DNA from: Podarcis cretensis
Taxonomy: Eukaryota
Assembly: GCA_951804945.1 (NCBI GenBank)
Contig: OX638150.1
Coordinates: forward strand, 41,602,001-41,666,000
DNA: 64,000 nucleotides
Reading direction: 5' to 3'
Shown here: positions 27,442 through 43,013 of the stretch, in pieces
Position numbering within the stretch: position 1 is the stretch's first letter
Layout of the letters: each line of letters starts with the position of its first letter
Position numbers and translations under genes: made by a program
Notes under the pieces: generated by a model
What the model was told of the DNA's origin: nothing
The model's input: only the letters and a program-made list of their open reading frames with translations
The model's database searches: none

Positions 27442-29512
27442 GTGAATGAATGAAAAACAAAAATAATAACATAGGCCTCCTAAAAGCAGGACTTGAATCT
27501 GTAGGAAAAACATTTTTTTGCTTGTTAGGCAAGCATGAACTTTCATTTCATCCTAACCTTAGCGTTACCTCCACAAGGCAAATGTTCTTGTGCACATACC
27601 TATTTAGTTGCTGCTGCATACATAGAGTCTCATTTTATGTACTGCACTTCTAGAAGCTTTGCAAGTGAGTAGCTGCATTTTGAAACACAGGCTTGCTTCT
27701 CCAACATACCCTGATGACTTTGGGTATTTGAAATTAGGAGTCTCGGTACTCTGGTTCGGTATGATTTGTACTTGTTAATGTCTGTATACAATTTTTTTTA
27801 AATTGCAGTCAAAGCAAGTTTTCTTTATACAACTTGCTGTGCTGGCATTAAATGGCATGTTGAATGTTTATTATTTCAGAAGCTGCTCAGAATTAGTATC
27901 ATTGCTATTAAATGCCTATATTTTGAATGATAGCTTATGAGGGAAGTCTGTCAGTACTTGGGCCAAGTAAACAAATTCTGCCAGGGGTATATGCTGCCCA
28001 TTAATCTGCAGGAGCACTTCTAAACTTGAAGCAAATCTCAGTTAGGCTGCGCTCCTAAGCAGAGTTACAAGGAACTAAGCCCAGCTGATCACAGTGGAAT
28101 TTACTTCTGAGTAAACCTATAAGATTACCCCATTAGCAAAACTGTATGTATTTTGATAGACTTTAAAGCTGCTCTTTAGTCTGCTTTGTTTTTCACTAAA
28201 AGTATTTTATAGAGCCTGCTTTGGCATTTTATTAGATTTTTACTGCCACCATTCCAAATGTTATGTGTCTGATCGTGCTTTTGTTGTAAGCTAAAATACA
28301 TAAGCAGGGAATTTATGTATCTCCATGGGTGTATCTAAGTTAATCATATTGATGTAGTTTCAAAATGAAGCATGTTGCTTTTTCCTGAGTGAATCTGCTC
28401 TCGTGCACTGCTTCCTTGATCGCTAGAGGGGACTGATTTCTACTCCTGATAGAAAAAAAAATGTATTTTGTGAAATATATGATTGTGCAAATACTTAAGA
28501 ATATGGCCCATATTCACTTAAACTTGGGGGATTGGTTACAGTTTGGCTCTTCCTTCATTGGAGGATGCAGCATGCATTGCTCTCTCATTAGTAAATACTG
28601 TGATGTAATTTTATGCATACTTAATTGAAGTAGACATGGCAGTGGTTTTAGCTGCAGGATAGATTCTTGAACTTCAAAGTACTATAAAGTGCCACTCGGT
28701 CGGTACAAGCAGCATGGCCAGGTTGTCTAAATTTTTACTTGTCTAGGGACACAGTGGAAAGGACTCCCTGAACCTAGTATGAATTTCAACATTTAAGGCT
28801 GAGGCCTGTTGGTCTAACTGGGAAGAAGATGTTAGATTACTGGTGCAATGACTAGGTTAATTAGCAAGATCTTAGGTTGAAGATTTTAATGTGTTGTTTC
28901 CTAGGAATACCCAGTACTGTGGCTGTCCTGAGATTTGTTTATTTACATTTCTCTTTTGCTAACTGACCAAAAAATAACATCTCCACCCACCGTCCTCCTG
29001 GTCCAAATGTGTGCTTGGTTCTTAATGCCTTTAGAGTTTGGTTTATTTATATAATCCATAGAGGAAAACAATATAGAAAATACTTTCCCTTCCGTTCCTC
29101 AAAAAAAGTAAAGAGCTTTACAGAAGCTTTATCATTGTCACATACACAGTGGATATCTCAGGTGTACTGATATATTTACTATGACATACCCACAGAATTG
29201 CACTTCATACGATGTGGTAAAGGGAATGTCAGTGGTGAAACAAAATAGCCTAATTATTCTCTCCCCCCCCCCCCATTTTCTATGGGAATATTATTCCATG
29301 TTTTCTTCAAGTTAAGCAGAAGTTGTTGGCAGGCTGATCATGGTTTGTTCCTAGTGAAGTTTGATACATGTCGTCATTTGCATTTTTTGGCTCTATTGTA
29401 AACCTTCCCACATATTCACTCACATTATTTGCGGCTTCTTGGTCTAAAATTCCTTTTACGTATGAAAAGGGAATGGCTTTTGGTGCATAAAGCCGTGACT
29501 TGTGCTTTGTAG

Positions 29513-29926
<414 letters not shown>

Positions 29927-30569
29927 TAAAAGATGCTTCTGATTTTCCCTTCCCAGTCACTAATACTTGTTAGGAGCGACCTACTCTCAAGTAGGACCCT
30001 GGTAGAGACACATGCCCAACTGGCATGTTCTCTCCCTCCTGGTCAATCGTTGGGGAGCTTCAAAAGCTTTCCCCAACCTGAACATCACAGGGATCCGCAG
30101 AGTATTCACAGTTTGCATAACAGAACTCAGTAGCTCAGCATTTTGGCTAATCTACATTTATTTACATATAATAGACTCGGAGCATTCTAACTTAGCTCCA
30201 TCCTCTTTCTCATCAGACAACAGAGAGAGAGAACAAAGGATAATAGTCCCACTTCACGGAACACAGTAACACAAAACATCTTGTCTCCGTCACTTCCCAC
30301 ACTGTGGAATGAAAACATACACCATCATGTGATAGACAACAATCCCATGACTGCAGACACGGGGAATGAATCTCCAGCAATACTATTGACATTTGATGTA
30401 TTTGTTGACATGATAGGGTTTGGATTTCATGTTTTGCACAAGTATTCAGAACCCCACTTCATCCTTGTGAGTGGTTAGTTTCTTTAACTAGGTAAGGCTA
30501 AAAGCCAGAAGGATGATTACAAGGAGCTGCTAGTACTGTCCTGTAACAGAGCTTCTCCTCTGCCTTTAG

Positions 30570-30704
<135 letters not shown>

Positions 30705-30860
30705 TAGATTTGGCTTTTACTGCAGAATGCATGTTTAGAGCTACATCATTTCAGGTGGTTAAACCCAGTCTTCCCCCTCATTATAACTTTCTGTCATTAA
30801 TCAAGCGTAGCACGGGGATTAAATGAAAATTGGTGCCTGTACATTTTGATCAGAGCTTAA

Positions 30861-31212
<352 letters not shown>

Positions 31213-31474
31213 TAAGTGTTTATAGTAATTTTGGCAGGCGCTTATATTTGAAGTGCAGATTTTGTGGAAATGTTCAGTTAGCTTAATGAAAAGCACTGAA
31301 TTTACAGACAGATGCATGGTTATTTCACTGCTAGAAAGCTTGAGAAGCAGTCTGATGGAATATAAATGTATTGCCAGGATAAAAAAACAAAGCATGAGTA
31401 TTGCCCCCTTGCACTTGAATATGGCTTTGGAATTGCTTTGATGTGGCTGTTAAAATGCAAACATTCCCAACTGA

Positions 31475-31940
<466 letters not shown>

Positions 31941-32602
31941 TAGATACATCTAGCTAGTTTGTGTAGGAATAGAAAGCATATTGTGTGATCAAATAAACAC
32001 GCAAGGAGTTATATCGAATACATTTTAATGACTGGCCTGGAGAAGGGGTGTGAAGCTGCACAGTGGTTCGCTTTTGAAATTGAACTCAATCTTTTCTGGA
32101 TATATTCATATAATCAGAGGCAGATTTAGGGCAGTGTAACTGGTTCCCCCACAATGGGCATGGAGCTGCGAGGGGCGTTGCAACTACGACATAGGTGAGA
32201 GGCAGGGGACACTGAATTTTGGCCTTGCACAGGGAGCCACTGAAATTTGAAAGACCAAAGTATACCCCTGTATGCATACACACACCCTCCCTGTATAGTT
32301 TCTCTACGTATATGGCTACTGATGGCAAAAATAGTTGGAGGGCTGGTATAGTGAACAGGAGCCTGGGCTAGATAAAGAATATATTTGTTCCCTCTTGTTA
32401 GTTTATTCCTTCTTGGTTCCATCCTTGAGAACAACTGGAGGAATAGACAGAAGATTGCAGCAAATAGCATCACTCAAAATTCTTTCCTTCTGGTAACTGT
32501 GGTTGTCTGTGCATGCTTGATCTTTCAGTAACTTTTAGGACTGGGTGAGCTATGCACGATGCTCCCGTAACTATGAAATGGTTGTTTTTGACAATATATT
32601 GA

Positions 32603-32872
<270 letters not shown>

Positions 32873-32931
32873 TGATTAGAAAATAAGTCTAAATTTTGGT
32901 ACATTGACTTATCTTTGGTGAGACCACGTGA

Positions 32932-33147
<216 letters not shown>

Positions 33148-34273
33148 TAGAACTAGTGAATGTGGAAACAATAGTGCAATGCGTGAAAAGTGACTGCTGT
33201 GGGAGCCATCTTGTAATCCAGAGAGTAATTGGCATCTGTTTGTTGCTGGATTTAGGACCTTCCCTGCCCCCCCCCCCCGCAATAGAGCAAACTCTTGTCA
33301 TGTGTTGTGTTGCTATCATGCAGTGATGTCATAAGTCATGCAAAAAGGGTGGGCTTTGCTGTTCATTCTGTGAAAGATAGCTTTGATTTAATGGTCATCT
33401 TCTAGAGTAGCATTCTTCAGCCTTTCCAAGCCCAGGTCCCACCTTCAATCCCAGCCTGCATTTGGGGACCTGTTTCTATTTGCATGGCGGTAGTGCTATT
33501 CACTGTGACCTGAACATGCATGAGGGTAGTTAGTCACTGGTTTCTACACTTCCTGTTTCAGGTGCCTCCTAGATTCCATTCTCCCATCTCAAAATCACCA
33601 TGAGCATTTTGGTCAGGAGGGTGACAGCACGTCTCTTCAAGTACTAAATTGCCCCTGACCCAGTATCTCCACCCACAACGGTTCTGTGGAGAAGTCTGCC
33701 CGTTTTGAGAATTGTAGCTTGTTGAACTTTATGATGTCCAGAGCAACCCCACGTCTAGTACACCCTTCCTTGTCCTTGGAGTTTGCGTCCACTGCCCCCC
33801 AATGGTGCTCTCTCAGTCCACCATTCCAGCTGGCCCATCCTGGCTCAGAAACTCAGTGTAAACCCCTGTACACAGCATCCTTCTCCAAATACATTTGGCA
33901 TGTGTTTACCCTAGGGAGCTCTCACTCTACTACTTCTCCCCTATTTGAACCATTAAAAACATTTCCCCCTCATCCCTGGGGAATGATATGTCCTGAACCA
34001 GATGATTTCTGTTGTGCCCTCTACTAAATATATCTGGATGAGCCCCATGTTTTAATTATGTGGAAGTAATTAAGTAACAAGGCTTCTTTTCAGCTTGCCC
34101 TGCACATTTTGCTTTAAAATCTTAGGAGGTTCAGTAAAATATGGAGGGGCAATGGAATTGTCCTGTCCTGTCGTATCGTTCATGCAGCCTCAAGCTGTAT
34201 CTGCAGGACCCATGTCTATTGCTCTGAGCCCATATATGTACTACCTAACAGTTGCTTTCTTTTTCTCAATTAG

Positions 34274-34397
34274 GAAAAGAAATTAATGGAGGATAGAATT
34301 GCAGAGTGTACTTCACAGCTGGCTGAAGAAGAAGAAAAGGCCAAAAACTTAGCTAAACTCAAGAACAAGCAGGAAATGATGATCACAGATCTGGAAG
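34274..34397 (+). CDS. MYH10: MYH10 rod exon ([15 protein letters not shown]...ITDLE)
   Basis: attag|GAA...GAA G|gttagc, 124 nt. Confidence 0.95.
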
Positions 34398-37300
34398 GTT
34401 AGCAATTTCAAGATTTGCCATATGAAGGGACTCTCAGTAAAAGTCAAAAGTATGCTAACAATGAACGAAAAACAAGCTTATCACTGCCTTTACGTGTATC
34501 ATTTTCTGGGACCAGAGGTACAATAATAGTCTTCCACAGTGTCAGTTTGGCAGCTATTAGGATTGGGCATTTGGTCAGAAAATATTTGTTTGATCAAGTA
34601 TTTTTAAAGCACTAACTGTTGGAGCAATGATATTTTAATCAACTGGCTTGTTACTAAATAAAATCAGTGAATTTACAAGTTGACCTATGGTCTGCCTGCT
34701 CCCATGTACATGTTTACAATCACAACCACCACCCAAATACAATAAAACTCAGTATAAAATAAACAAATCAACAAAATCCTACACAAACCATGAAACAGCC
34801 TTCAGAAACCAGCTTCAACACATTTTGTAATGCCTAGGCAGATAAAAAGGTCTTCACCTGGGGTTTAAAAGAAACAGGTCTGGTGCCAGGCAGGTTTCCA
34901 TGGGGAGGGCATTTAATATACAAAGGGCCCCAACCAAGAAAACAGGCAAATGTCAAACAGGGAAGGCAAACTTCATATGGCAGAGGAACTCTCAGGACGG
35001 CTTCTTTCTTAAAAAATAAATAAATAAAAAATATAGTGAAACGAGAACAAGAATTACAAACTGAATATTCCCCCCTCCTTTTCCAGAACTCAAAGGCATA
35101 GTTCAGATAAAAATCATAGTTCATGCAAGCACTGAAGTGGAAAGAGGCTGAAAAGTTGCTAATATCAATATGAAAGAGAACACTAATACATACATACATT
35201 GTGGAATGCAGCAGGTGCAGTTTGTCCTGTAGAGTTGTTGTTCATGTGCTGAATGAATGGCCACCAGTCTGCTATGAAAGTCTCCCTGCTTCCCCCTCCC
35301 CACTATCCGTATTTAGTTTCTGGGTCAGTTTTTCAGAAAGTGCTATGTCACAAATTATGTCATACCATTTTTGTTCCTTTAAGGGGGAAGGGCTTCTGAT
35401 GACAAACAACTCCTGATGACAAACACATTTTCATCTGCTTTACATTTTTAAAGTATTTTTTTTAAAGCAACTGTTGAACACAAGTTGGTTTTTAAAGACA
35501 AGTGTGCTGAATTGAAAGCAGGCTAGTTCTTTGGTTACCTGTTTCCCCTGCTTTTTATTTCTATCTGAATTGGTATGTCAGCAGTATGCTCCTGACTACT
35601 GCAGGGTGAAGGGGCAAGCAGTCTTCATTCTCTGTTACTGCTGATACATAACTAAATGGAAAAGCTAAGCTGCAACCTATCCAGTCTCATATTCCCCTTC
35701 AGTATTTGATCAAATAGGAGGTCAGTGAACAACATTTGACCGGTCAGTGGACCAACATGCTAATCCCAGCTGTAACAAATAAGTTAATGAATTAATCAGG
35801 GTAAATACAGATTTTCAAATATTTGGACTTGCATATCTTGGTATCTGAGTATTTCATTATTTCATTATTACGAATGTCAGCACAAAGAAAACTATTTAGG
35901 TTAGCAGTTTGCTTTCAGCATTGCAAATGCAAAAAAAAAAAAAAATGTGTTCAAATGTTCATTTGTGTTTTCTTAATAGCTATTCTGGCCGTTGGGCACA
36001 TTCTTAATCTGACTTTTGTCTATGTTAAGTGGATTTTTTTTAAAAAAAAAAAAGAAAGCAGCATGTCCTTCATTACTGGAAAATATTGAATCTTATTCAT
36101 AGGAATTGGGTGTTGCTGTGTTGGCCCTATGGAACGACAAAAGAGGAGAATGTCTTTGTTTTGTACCAACTTCTGCATTCCTAGATTGTTATATGTTAGT
36201 GCAAATATCTAGGCACCTGGCATCACCAAAGCAAATTCACTCCTATGTACAGTATACTGTTACTACCAGAGCCAAACCAACAAGAACAGGATCCCTTCTC
36301 TCACTGGGGCATTCCAGTCTTCATACCCCCCCCCCTTCCTTACTCCAAGTTGCCTTCCAAATCTCACTGACCTCTCTCTCTCTCTCTGCAATTTTTTTAA
36401 CATCACTGTTTATGCTGCACATTAGAATACTTTCTGGAAGTTCTTAGCATTTATTTTTGCTATCTCAACTTGCTTCAAAATAGAGTTATTTTTCTTTATC
36501 CCAATGTTCTGTTTATAAAAATTCCCCCTTCTGCTCTTGGCATTCGCTGATGGATTATGTTTTGAGAAGAAATACCATGAAATATTTGCAGTGTTACATT
36601 TGCAATATCAACAGTATACGCAACCCCCTTCTTGGATTTAGATGTGCAATAATTTTTGGCTGTAAAACGCATACATCATAGAATTCTGACTTTCCATACA
36701 CATTTACTTATTTTTGTGTCCTAATTTGGGAATAGTTTCTGCCTACAGTGCTGTGGCCACCTGACTTGATTCTGAAAGTATTACAGTTCTGACATTTAGC
36801 TAGATAGGCTGAAATTGAATAATAAGGATTGAAACTGACATCTGCCATATTTTTGAAGTTCATATTGCAATTTCTTAAGCTAGTCATAGCCTTTCCTTAC
36901 ACTTAGTAACCTGATACTGGAAGAAAGCATAAAGGTGTCACCATATACCACTTCATTGGCAGTCCAAAATGGAAGAGAATGCATTTTTACAGTTTCCCAA
37001 AGTGTCTTCCTTATTGTTTTTCTCCTCTGAGGCAGCAGAAGTCCTATAGTTAGCCTCCCAAGATCCTGGCTTAACTTAAGAGATGGATCTCTCCCAGTTC
37101 CTATTTCTTCCCTTTGCTTGGGAAGTAGACTTCCCATGAGATCTTTAGTTGAGGACCAGAAGCTTATCTTAATGCACTGAAGGTTTTCTTATGCCTCTAC
37201 CAGCAACAGTCAACAGGCAGGAGTTGTTAGTCATCTTTTTGAGACTGAGTGAGGAGATTCTATCCCCAACACAATCTCACCCAACAGGAAATTGGCACGT

Positions 37301-38628
37301 TTCCCACCTCAGCCTCTTCTGTGACCATCAGCCGTTGACTACATATTTCAGACAAGCTCCTCGGGAGACTTACTTTTCAGTAGTGCTTTAAATAACCAAC
37401 AGACATACTAAAGAGGTTCCAAATACTTTTCAGTTTTCTACAGGATTTCTACAACCAGTAATTGTATAGTACGTCTGGATACTCCAAAGATTCTTCAGTG
37501 GCTTCTAGCCAGATTTCTACAGTCAACTTCTTACTAGCAAATATTTCCTTTTATTTGGTACAGATGGAAACTTGTCTGCTGTGCTTTCCAGAAGTTAGAG
37601 CTAGCTGCCTGCAAGAGTCTCTTTTATAGTCTCCAGAGAGCAAAGGAAAGCGCAGAGAACCCTTTTATGCACAAGCTATGCAATCATGTTTCAGAGTAGA
37701 AACTTTCTATAAACCAAATATTCCTTAATGAAATGCAGAATGCATCAGACTCAAAATGCATCAGGTTGTCATTTAAGATCCTTCTATTCCCTGCGAAGTT
37801 ATTGCCTCAGCCAAGTGCTCTTTTTCTTGTCTGCACAAATGCAGGTGCACACGTAGGCTTAACTACCTTAGAAGTTACTGTGGAATAAATTGATGTTTTT
37901 CTGGAGCTTTTGGACAAGAGGGTTCTAATCATGGTCTCCCAGGGCTGGTCAAGTTCTGTTTCTTAGCTGGTGAACCTCTGCTCTTGTCAGAGAACAATCA
38001 GGCTTCCTTACTAAACACCTTGATTTGTACTTTCATCAAGTCGTGATTTTGGTAATAGTTTGAGGATTTTGTGGGGAGAAGTTCCTTTCCTTAAGAAGTC
38101 TGCCTCCCAGGTTCTAGAGGTAGGCAGCCCAGGATATCTTGGTCCCTGGCACAGAAAAGTCAAATGGCAGTCCATCATTGTGATAAAAACATCAATAGTC
38201 ATTATTACATAAGTGACATACAGAGTTGTTCTAGTCCCAATTTTGTTGCCTTGGAAGATAGCAGAAATTAATCAGATAAGAAATGAAACATCACTGTTCC
38301 TCTCTAGGGTTCATTTATGTTCTTACAACACTGATTTTAAACCCAGACTGCATCGTTCTTCATGTTGGAAGTGTTCAAACAGAATGCTATTTGAAACATG
38401 ATAATTTCCAGGAGCTCTGTCCTGTGGTAGTGATCTGTAAACTAGATTCTCTAAATGTGTGCACTGAATTCTGGCATTTTCACTTGGGATTGATGCAACT
38501 GTGCCCCTAAATCTTGAATTAGCCATTTGGTTACCTTCATTTTTAGCAAGTTCATCCTTGGCATGCTCTCACAAGATAGCGTTTGGTAGACAAAAATTCC
38601 CCACTTACCATGATTGTGTCTCCTAAAG

Positions 38629-38800
38629 AGCGCTTGAAAAAAGAAGAAAAGACTCGTCAAGAACTGGAAAAAGCTAAAAGGAAACTTGATGGAGAAACAA
38701 CTGATCTACAGGACCAAATTGCAGAGCTGCAAGCCCAGATTGAGGAGCTAAAAATCCAGCTTGCCAAGAAAGAAGAGGAGCTGCAGGCTGCTCTTGCCAG
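38629..38800 (+). CDS. MYH10: MYH10 rod exon ([12 protein letters not shown]...QAALAR)
   Basis: taaag|AG CGC...AG|gtagaa, 172 nt. Confidence 0.95.
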
Positions 38801-38921
38801 GTAGAATATGCAAAGATAGTGCTAGGTTATTTGGTATTGTAGGGTGCTATTAAGCTATTACTACATATTTCTGCTTTGTTGGTGCTGGGGTGCCGTGTAA
38901 ATTGCACACTCCACAGCCCAT

Positions 38922-39149
38922 CCCAGTAGTGGTTAAGAGCAGTGGACTCGTAATCTGGGGAACCGGGTTCGCTTCTCTGCTCCTCCACATGCAGCTGCTG
39001 GGTGACCTTGGGCTAGTCACACTTCTTTGAAGTCTCTCAGCCCCACTCACCTCACAGAGTTTCTTATGGGGGAGGAAGGTAAGGAGAATATTAGCCGCTT
39101 TGAGACTCCTTCGGGTAGTGATAAGGCGGGATATCCAAACTCTTCTTCT
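38922..39149 (+). mobile_element. tRNA-derived CORE-type SINE
   Basis: GTGGTTAAGAGC A-box-like, GGGTTCG B-box-like, GGTGACCTTGGGCTAGTCAC core, short (CTT)n tail. Confidence 0.7.
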
Positions 39150-39520
39150 ATCACATGTGTTTTTTTCTGAGCATCACCAATTTCCTTTCATGACAAGGAA
39201 AAAATAAAATAAAAATCAGGAGCAGCAGTGGGCCTCTGCAGATGTCAAGGAGTGTGTGTTGTCTGTGGTGTCATGGCATCTGCAAGGACTCAAAATCTAG
39301 TCACTGTTGCTATCAACGCCATTTGATTTCCACCACTTATTAGATCTCCATCTGCGACTAGGTAGACAGAATCCAGTACACTGCCAAATTGCTCTTCACT
39401 GATAAGTTTTCTTGTGGGAGTCTAGAACTCTTACTTGCACTCCCAACATTTGAATAGGCTTTTTGCAAAGCCCGGACCCCGAGCTTCATTCTTATTCTAG
39501 AAATTGTGTTGTGTTTCCAG

Positions 39521-39733
39521 AGGGGATGAGGAAGCCGTGCAGAAGAACAATGCGCTGAAATTAATACGAGAACTTCAGGCTCAAATTGCAGAACTGCAGG
39601 AGGACCTTGAATCAGAAAAGGCTTCACGAAACAAGGCCGAAAAGCAGAAGAGAGATCTAAGTGAGGAGCTGGAGGCACTGAAGACCGAGCTGGAAGATAC
39701 CTTGGATACCACAGCAGCTCAACAAGAGCTCAG
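39521..39733 (+). CDS. MYH10: MYH10 rod exon ([13 protein letters not shown]...AQQELR)
   Basis: tccag|A GGG...AG|gttagc, 213 nt. Confidence 0.96.
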
Positions 39734-40197
39734 GTTAGCAGAAGACTAGATACATAACAAGGAATGTGTTCATAATGCTTTGATTCCTCATAAAGAACAA
39801 GCCCTACTCTGGTAAATCTGAAGTGCTGGCTACAACTCTCTGGGAGATGTAACGAGGGCAGAGCATAGTTGAAACTTTTGTTGAATCAAAGCAACTTTAA
39901 TGACTTACATCTGTGTAAAAATTCTCACACAGGAAGAGTTTCCAAAAGTAACTCAGCACTCCTTATATTTTAATAAACTTAGGACTGCCTCATGTCTTCT
40001 GACACAGATTAATCTCCAGTTTGGTGTTTTTTGTAACATTTAAATGGTGGCGGCTCTCCCTTGCTACAGAAATCTGCCTTTGGGGAATAAAAACTAAAAC
40101 TAAAACTTATTCTATCCAAACTGGATTCTTCTTACTACTACTTCTGGGAAATGCTGGTAGATTGCTTGTTTCTGAAAACTATCTTAAATTTGCATAG

Positions 40198-40440
<243 letters not shown>

Positions 40441-41223
40441 TGAATGCACGGGAAACTGCCTCAGAGCCCTTCGTATATACTCTGTTGGGTTCAATTGAAG
40501 GAGGGCAGGATATTCATATATTAAATAATACATTCGAACAGATGTTAATTCTCTTCTTTCATAATATAACTGCACAGTAGATACGGCTGCCATTTGTCTA
40601 CTTAAGTCAGTTGATCTTGCATTTTTTTAACCAACCTATCAGCAGTTTTGAACAGGACAGTAGATAAACGTCCAACAGATTAAGGATGAAAATGCAGTAG
40701 TCTTTGCTACCTATCTCAGAAATGCAAGCTCATTTGACTTTGCTCATACGGGTGTTGTTCACAGATATGCACCTAAAAATTATAAAGTGTTAAGATTTGG
40801 GTCCTCTTGCATCCCCTGTGGAATTGTAATCTACAGTGGCAGCTCCTGCTCCACCCTAGGTATATCAGAACATTTCTGGCACATGAGGCCTCACTTTTAT
40901 GATTTAATTGCTCACATAACCATTGTTATGACTGTAGCCGGTAGCATACGTGTCCATGTCAAATTCATGCATTTGTAGACACTTCCGCAGTAAAGTGTTA
41001 CAGTTGTGTCGCAATGCAATATCTAAAGCTGTTTGGTTTCAAAAACAAATTCATATTGAATTTGAAGCAGCTAAGAATTCAAATCAGATGACCAAACTTG
41101 TGGTGCCTCAAATGAAGAAGCCAGTGAATTTTAGTCTGAATCTAGAAAAAAAGATTTTTGCCACAGGTGAAGCCTAGCTTTTATATTGCAGGTGAAGTGT
41201 GATTACCTTTCTTTTGCTTCTAG

Positions 41224-41430
41224 TTCAAATCAAATCTTGAAAAGAACAAGCAGTGCTTGGAAACAGATAACAAGGAGCTGGCTTGCGAGGTGAAGGTGTT
41301 GCAGCAGGTTAGATCTGAATCGGAGCACAAGAGGAAGAAGCTGGATGGGCAGGTACAGGAATTGCTGGCCAAGGTTGCAGAAGGAGAGAGGCTGAGGACA
41401 GAACTTACAGAAAAATCAAGCAAACTGCAG
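41224..41430 (+). CDS. MYH10: MYH10 rod exon ([13 protein letters not shown]...SSKLQ)
   Basis: tctag|TTC...CAG|gtaaag, 207 nt. Confidence 0.96.
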
Positions 41431-42410
41431 GTAAAGATTTGGATGGGCGATTATTTAGCTTTTTCTCACAGACTCTTGATCAGACTACACAATTTAGTGA
41501 ACATCCTTCTAAAATGCTCCTGCTTGATACAGATGTAGTATTTTGAAAAATTGGTGTGGCATTAATGTCAGATAATAGGACAGGAGCTGCTGCTGGTAAT
41601 ACTTTGTGTTACACTAGTTATCTTTTGGTGAGCACATGCAAAGTTTCTGCTTTGCATTGATATGGTTCTTGAAAGTTGAAATAGTTTTAAGCTCCTGAAA
41701 AATGCAACGTTACTGTTCCTCTTGTGACAAGGAGACTGTTTATAGAGCTCTTGTACCATTTCCCCTGTCTTGAAGTGCCCATTTTCCCCCATGCAAGCCA
41801 CACCCTGCTCAGAGAAACATTTTTAATTTTGAGAAAGTTACTTAAAACATCAGAGTGAAAATTACTCCTCATTCTGCTCACTACAGATTGTTGAAACTTT
41901 TTGTGGACGTTTTCAATAAAAGTATTCAAAAGTTCATAAGAAATGTAGGCCTTGGGTCAGGACTATTCTCCAGGGCCTTGCATCCTTTCCGGCCATTTAG
42001 TATATAACAAACATAATGAGCAGTAAAAATGTCAGAGAGATGGTTTACGGGTGTAGAATACTTCGGGGGAAATCTGTACCAATCAGAAACTGCTGCAGTA
42101 GGCGGAGGAGAATAGTTTTCAAATTCCCTTACAGTTTATCATAACACTTTAGGACTTATCATGAAATATATTGGAAGAGTTAAAGGACGGTATTTTATTT
42201 TATTTACTTTGCAGTCTAAGCTGCTTCAAGAAAATTCTACAGTAAAAATGTGCACAGGGTCAAACTTCTAAGTAAATTTCGAGCCTTTCAACTGCCACTT
42301 CATTTTGAAGCTGTAAAAAAGCTTCACTCATGTAATACACAACTGCTCAGTCATGCAAAGAGAACTGAAATACTGTTTTCCAGCCAATTCCAGTTTACCA
42401 TACCATACTA

Positions 42411-42460
42411 GATTAGATTAGATTAGATTAGGTCAGGTCAGGTCAGGTCAGGTCAGGTCA
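42411..42460 (+). repeat. Compound pentanucleotide repeat (GATTA)4(GGTCA)6
   Basis: Direct reading. Confidence 0.95.
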
Positions 42461-42908
42461 GAGAACTAGAACCCTGTAGGAGTTCTGTTACCTCTGTTTG
42501 ACATAGGACAGCGGTGATAATCTTACAGAACCTGAAGCAAGCATGCCTAAAAGGTGGATTATTCACCTGCATTACTCTAAATGTCTTGCAAATGGGTCCA
42601 CTTGGGCTACTTTTGGAATCAATAGAATGCAGTTGCTGTTATCAAAGTACTTATGTCATGGAGGAAACAAATAGCAAGATTCTCCTTAATTCCATTGCAG
42701 TTTCTCAAATCTGCTGCATGTTCTAAAGCGAAGTCTCATGTAAATAGTCGCAGACATAGCAATGAGACATCAGAACATAGATATTTCAAATATTGCCTTA
42801 GATGAATACTGTTATGAATATCCTGTACTGAGGATGTCACTTTGGAAAAACACATTTTCTCACAAGCAAGATGTGAGTACATTACCTCTAGATTCCTTTG
42901 CTTTGCAG

Positions 42909-43013
42909 AATGAGCTGGAGAGCGTCTCAAGTCTCCTGGAAGAAGCAGAGAAAAAAGGCATTAAATTTGCCAAAGATGCTGCCAGTTTGGAGTCTCAGCT
43001 ACAAGATACACAG
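42909..43013 (+). CDS. MYH10: MYH10 rod exon ([12 protein letters not shown]...LQDTQ)
   Basis: tgcag|AAT...CAG|gtatgt, 105 nt. Confidence 0.96.

Noticed and set aside
35396-35512. Possible C/D box snoRNA (TGATGA twice, CTGA downstream)
   Set aside because: C box lacks the leading purine, no terminal stem, low-complexity body; better explained as a short tandem duplication of CTGATGACAAACA
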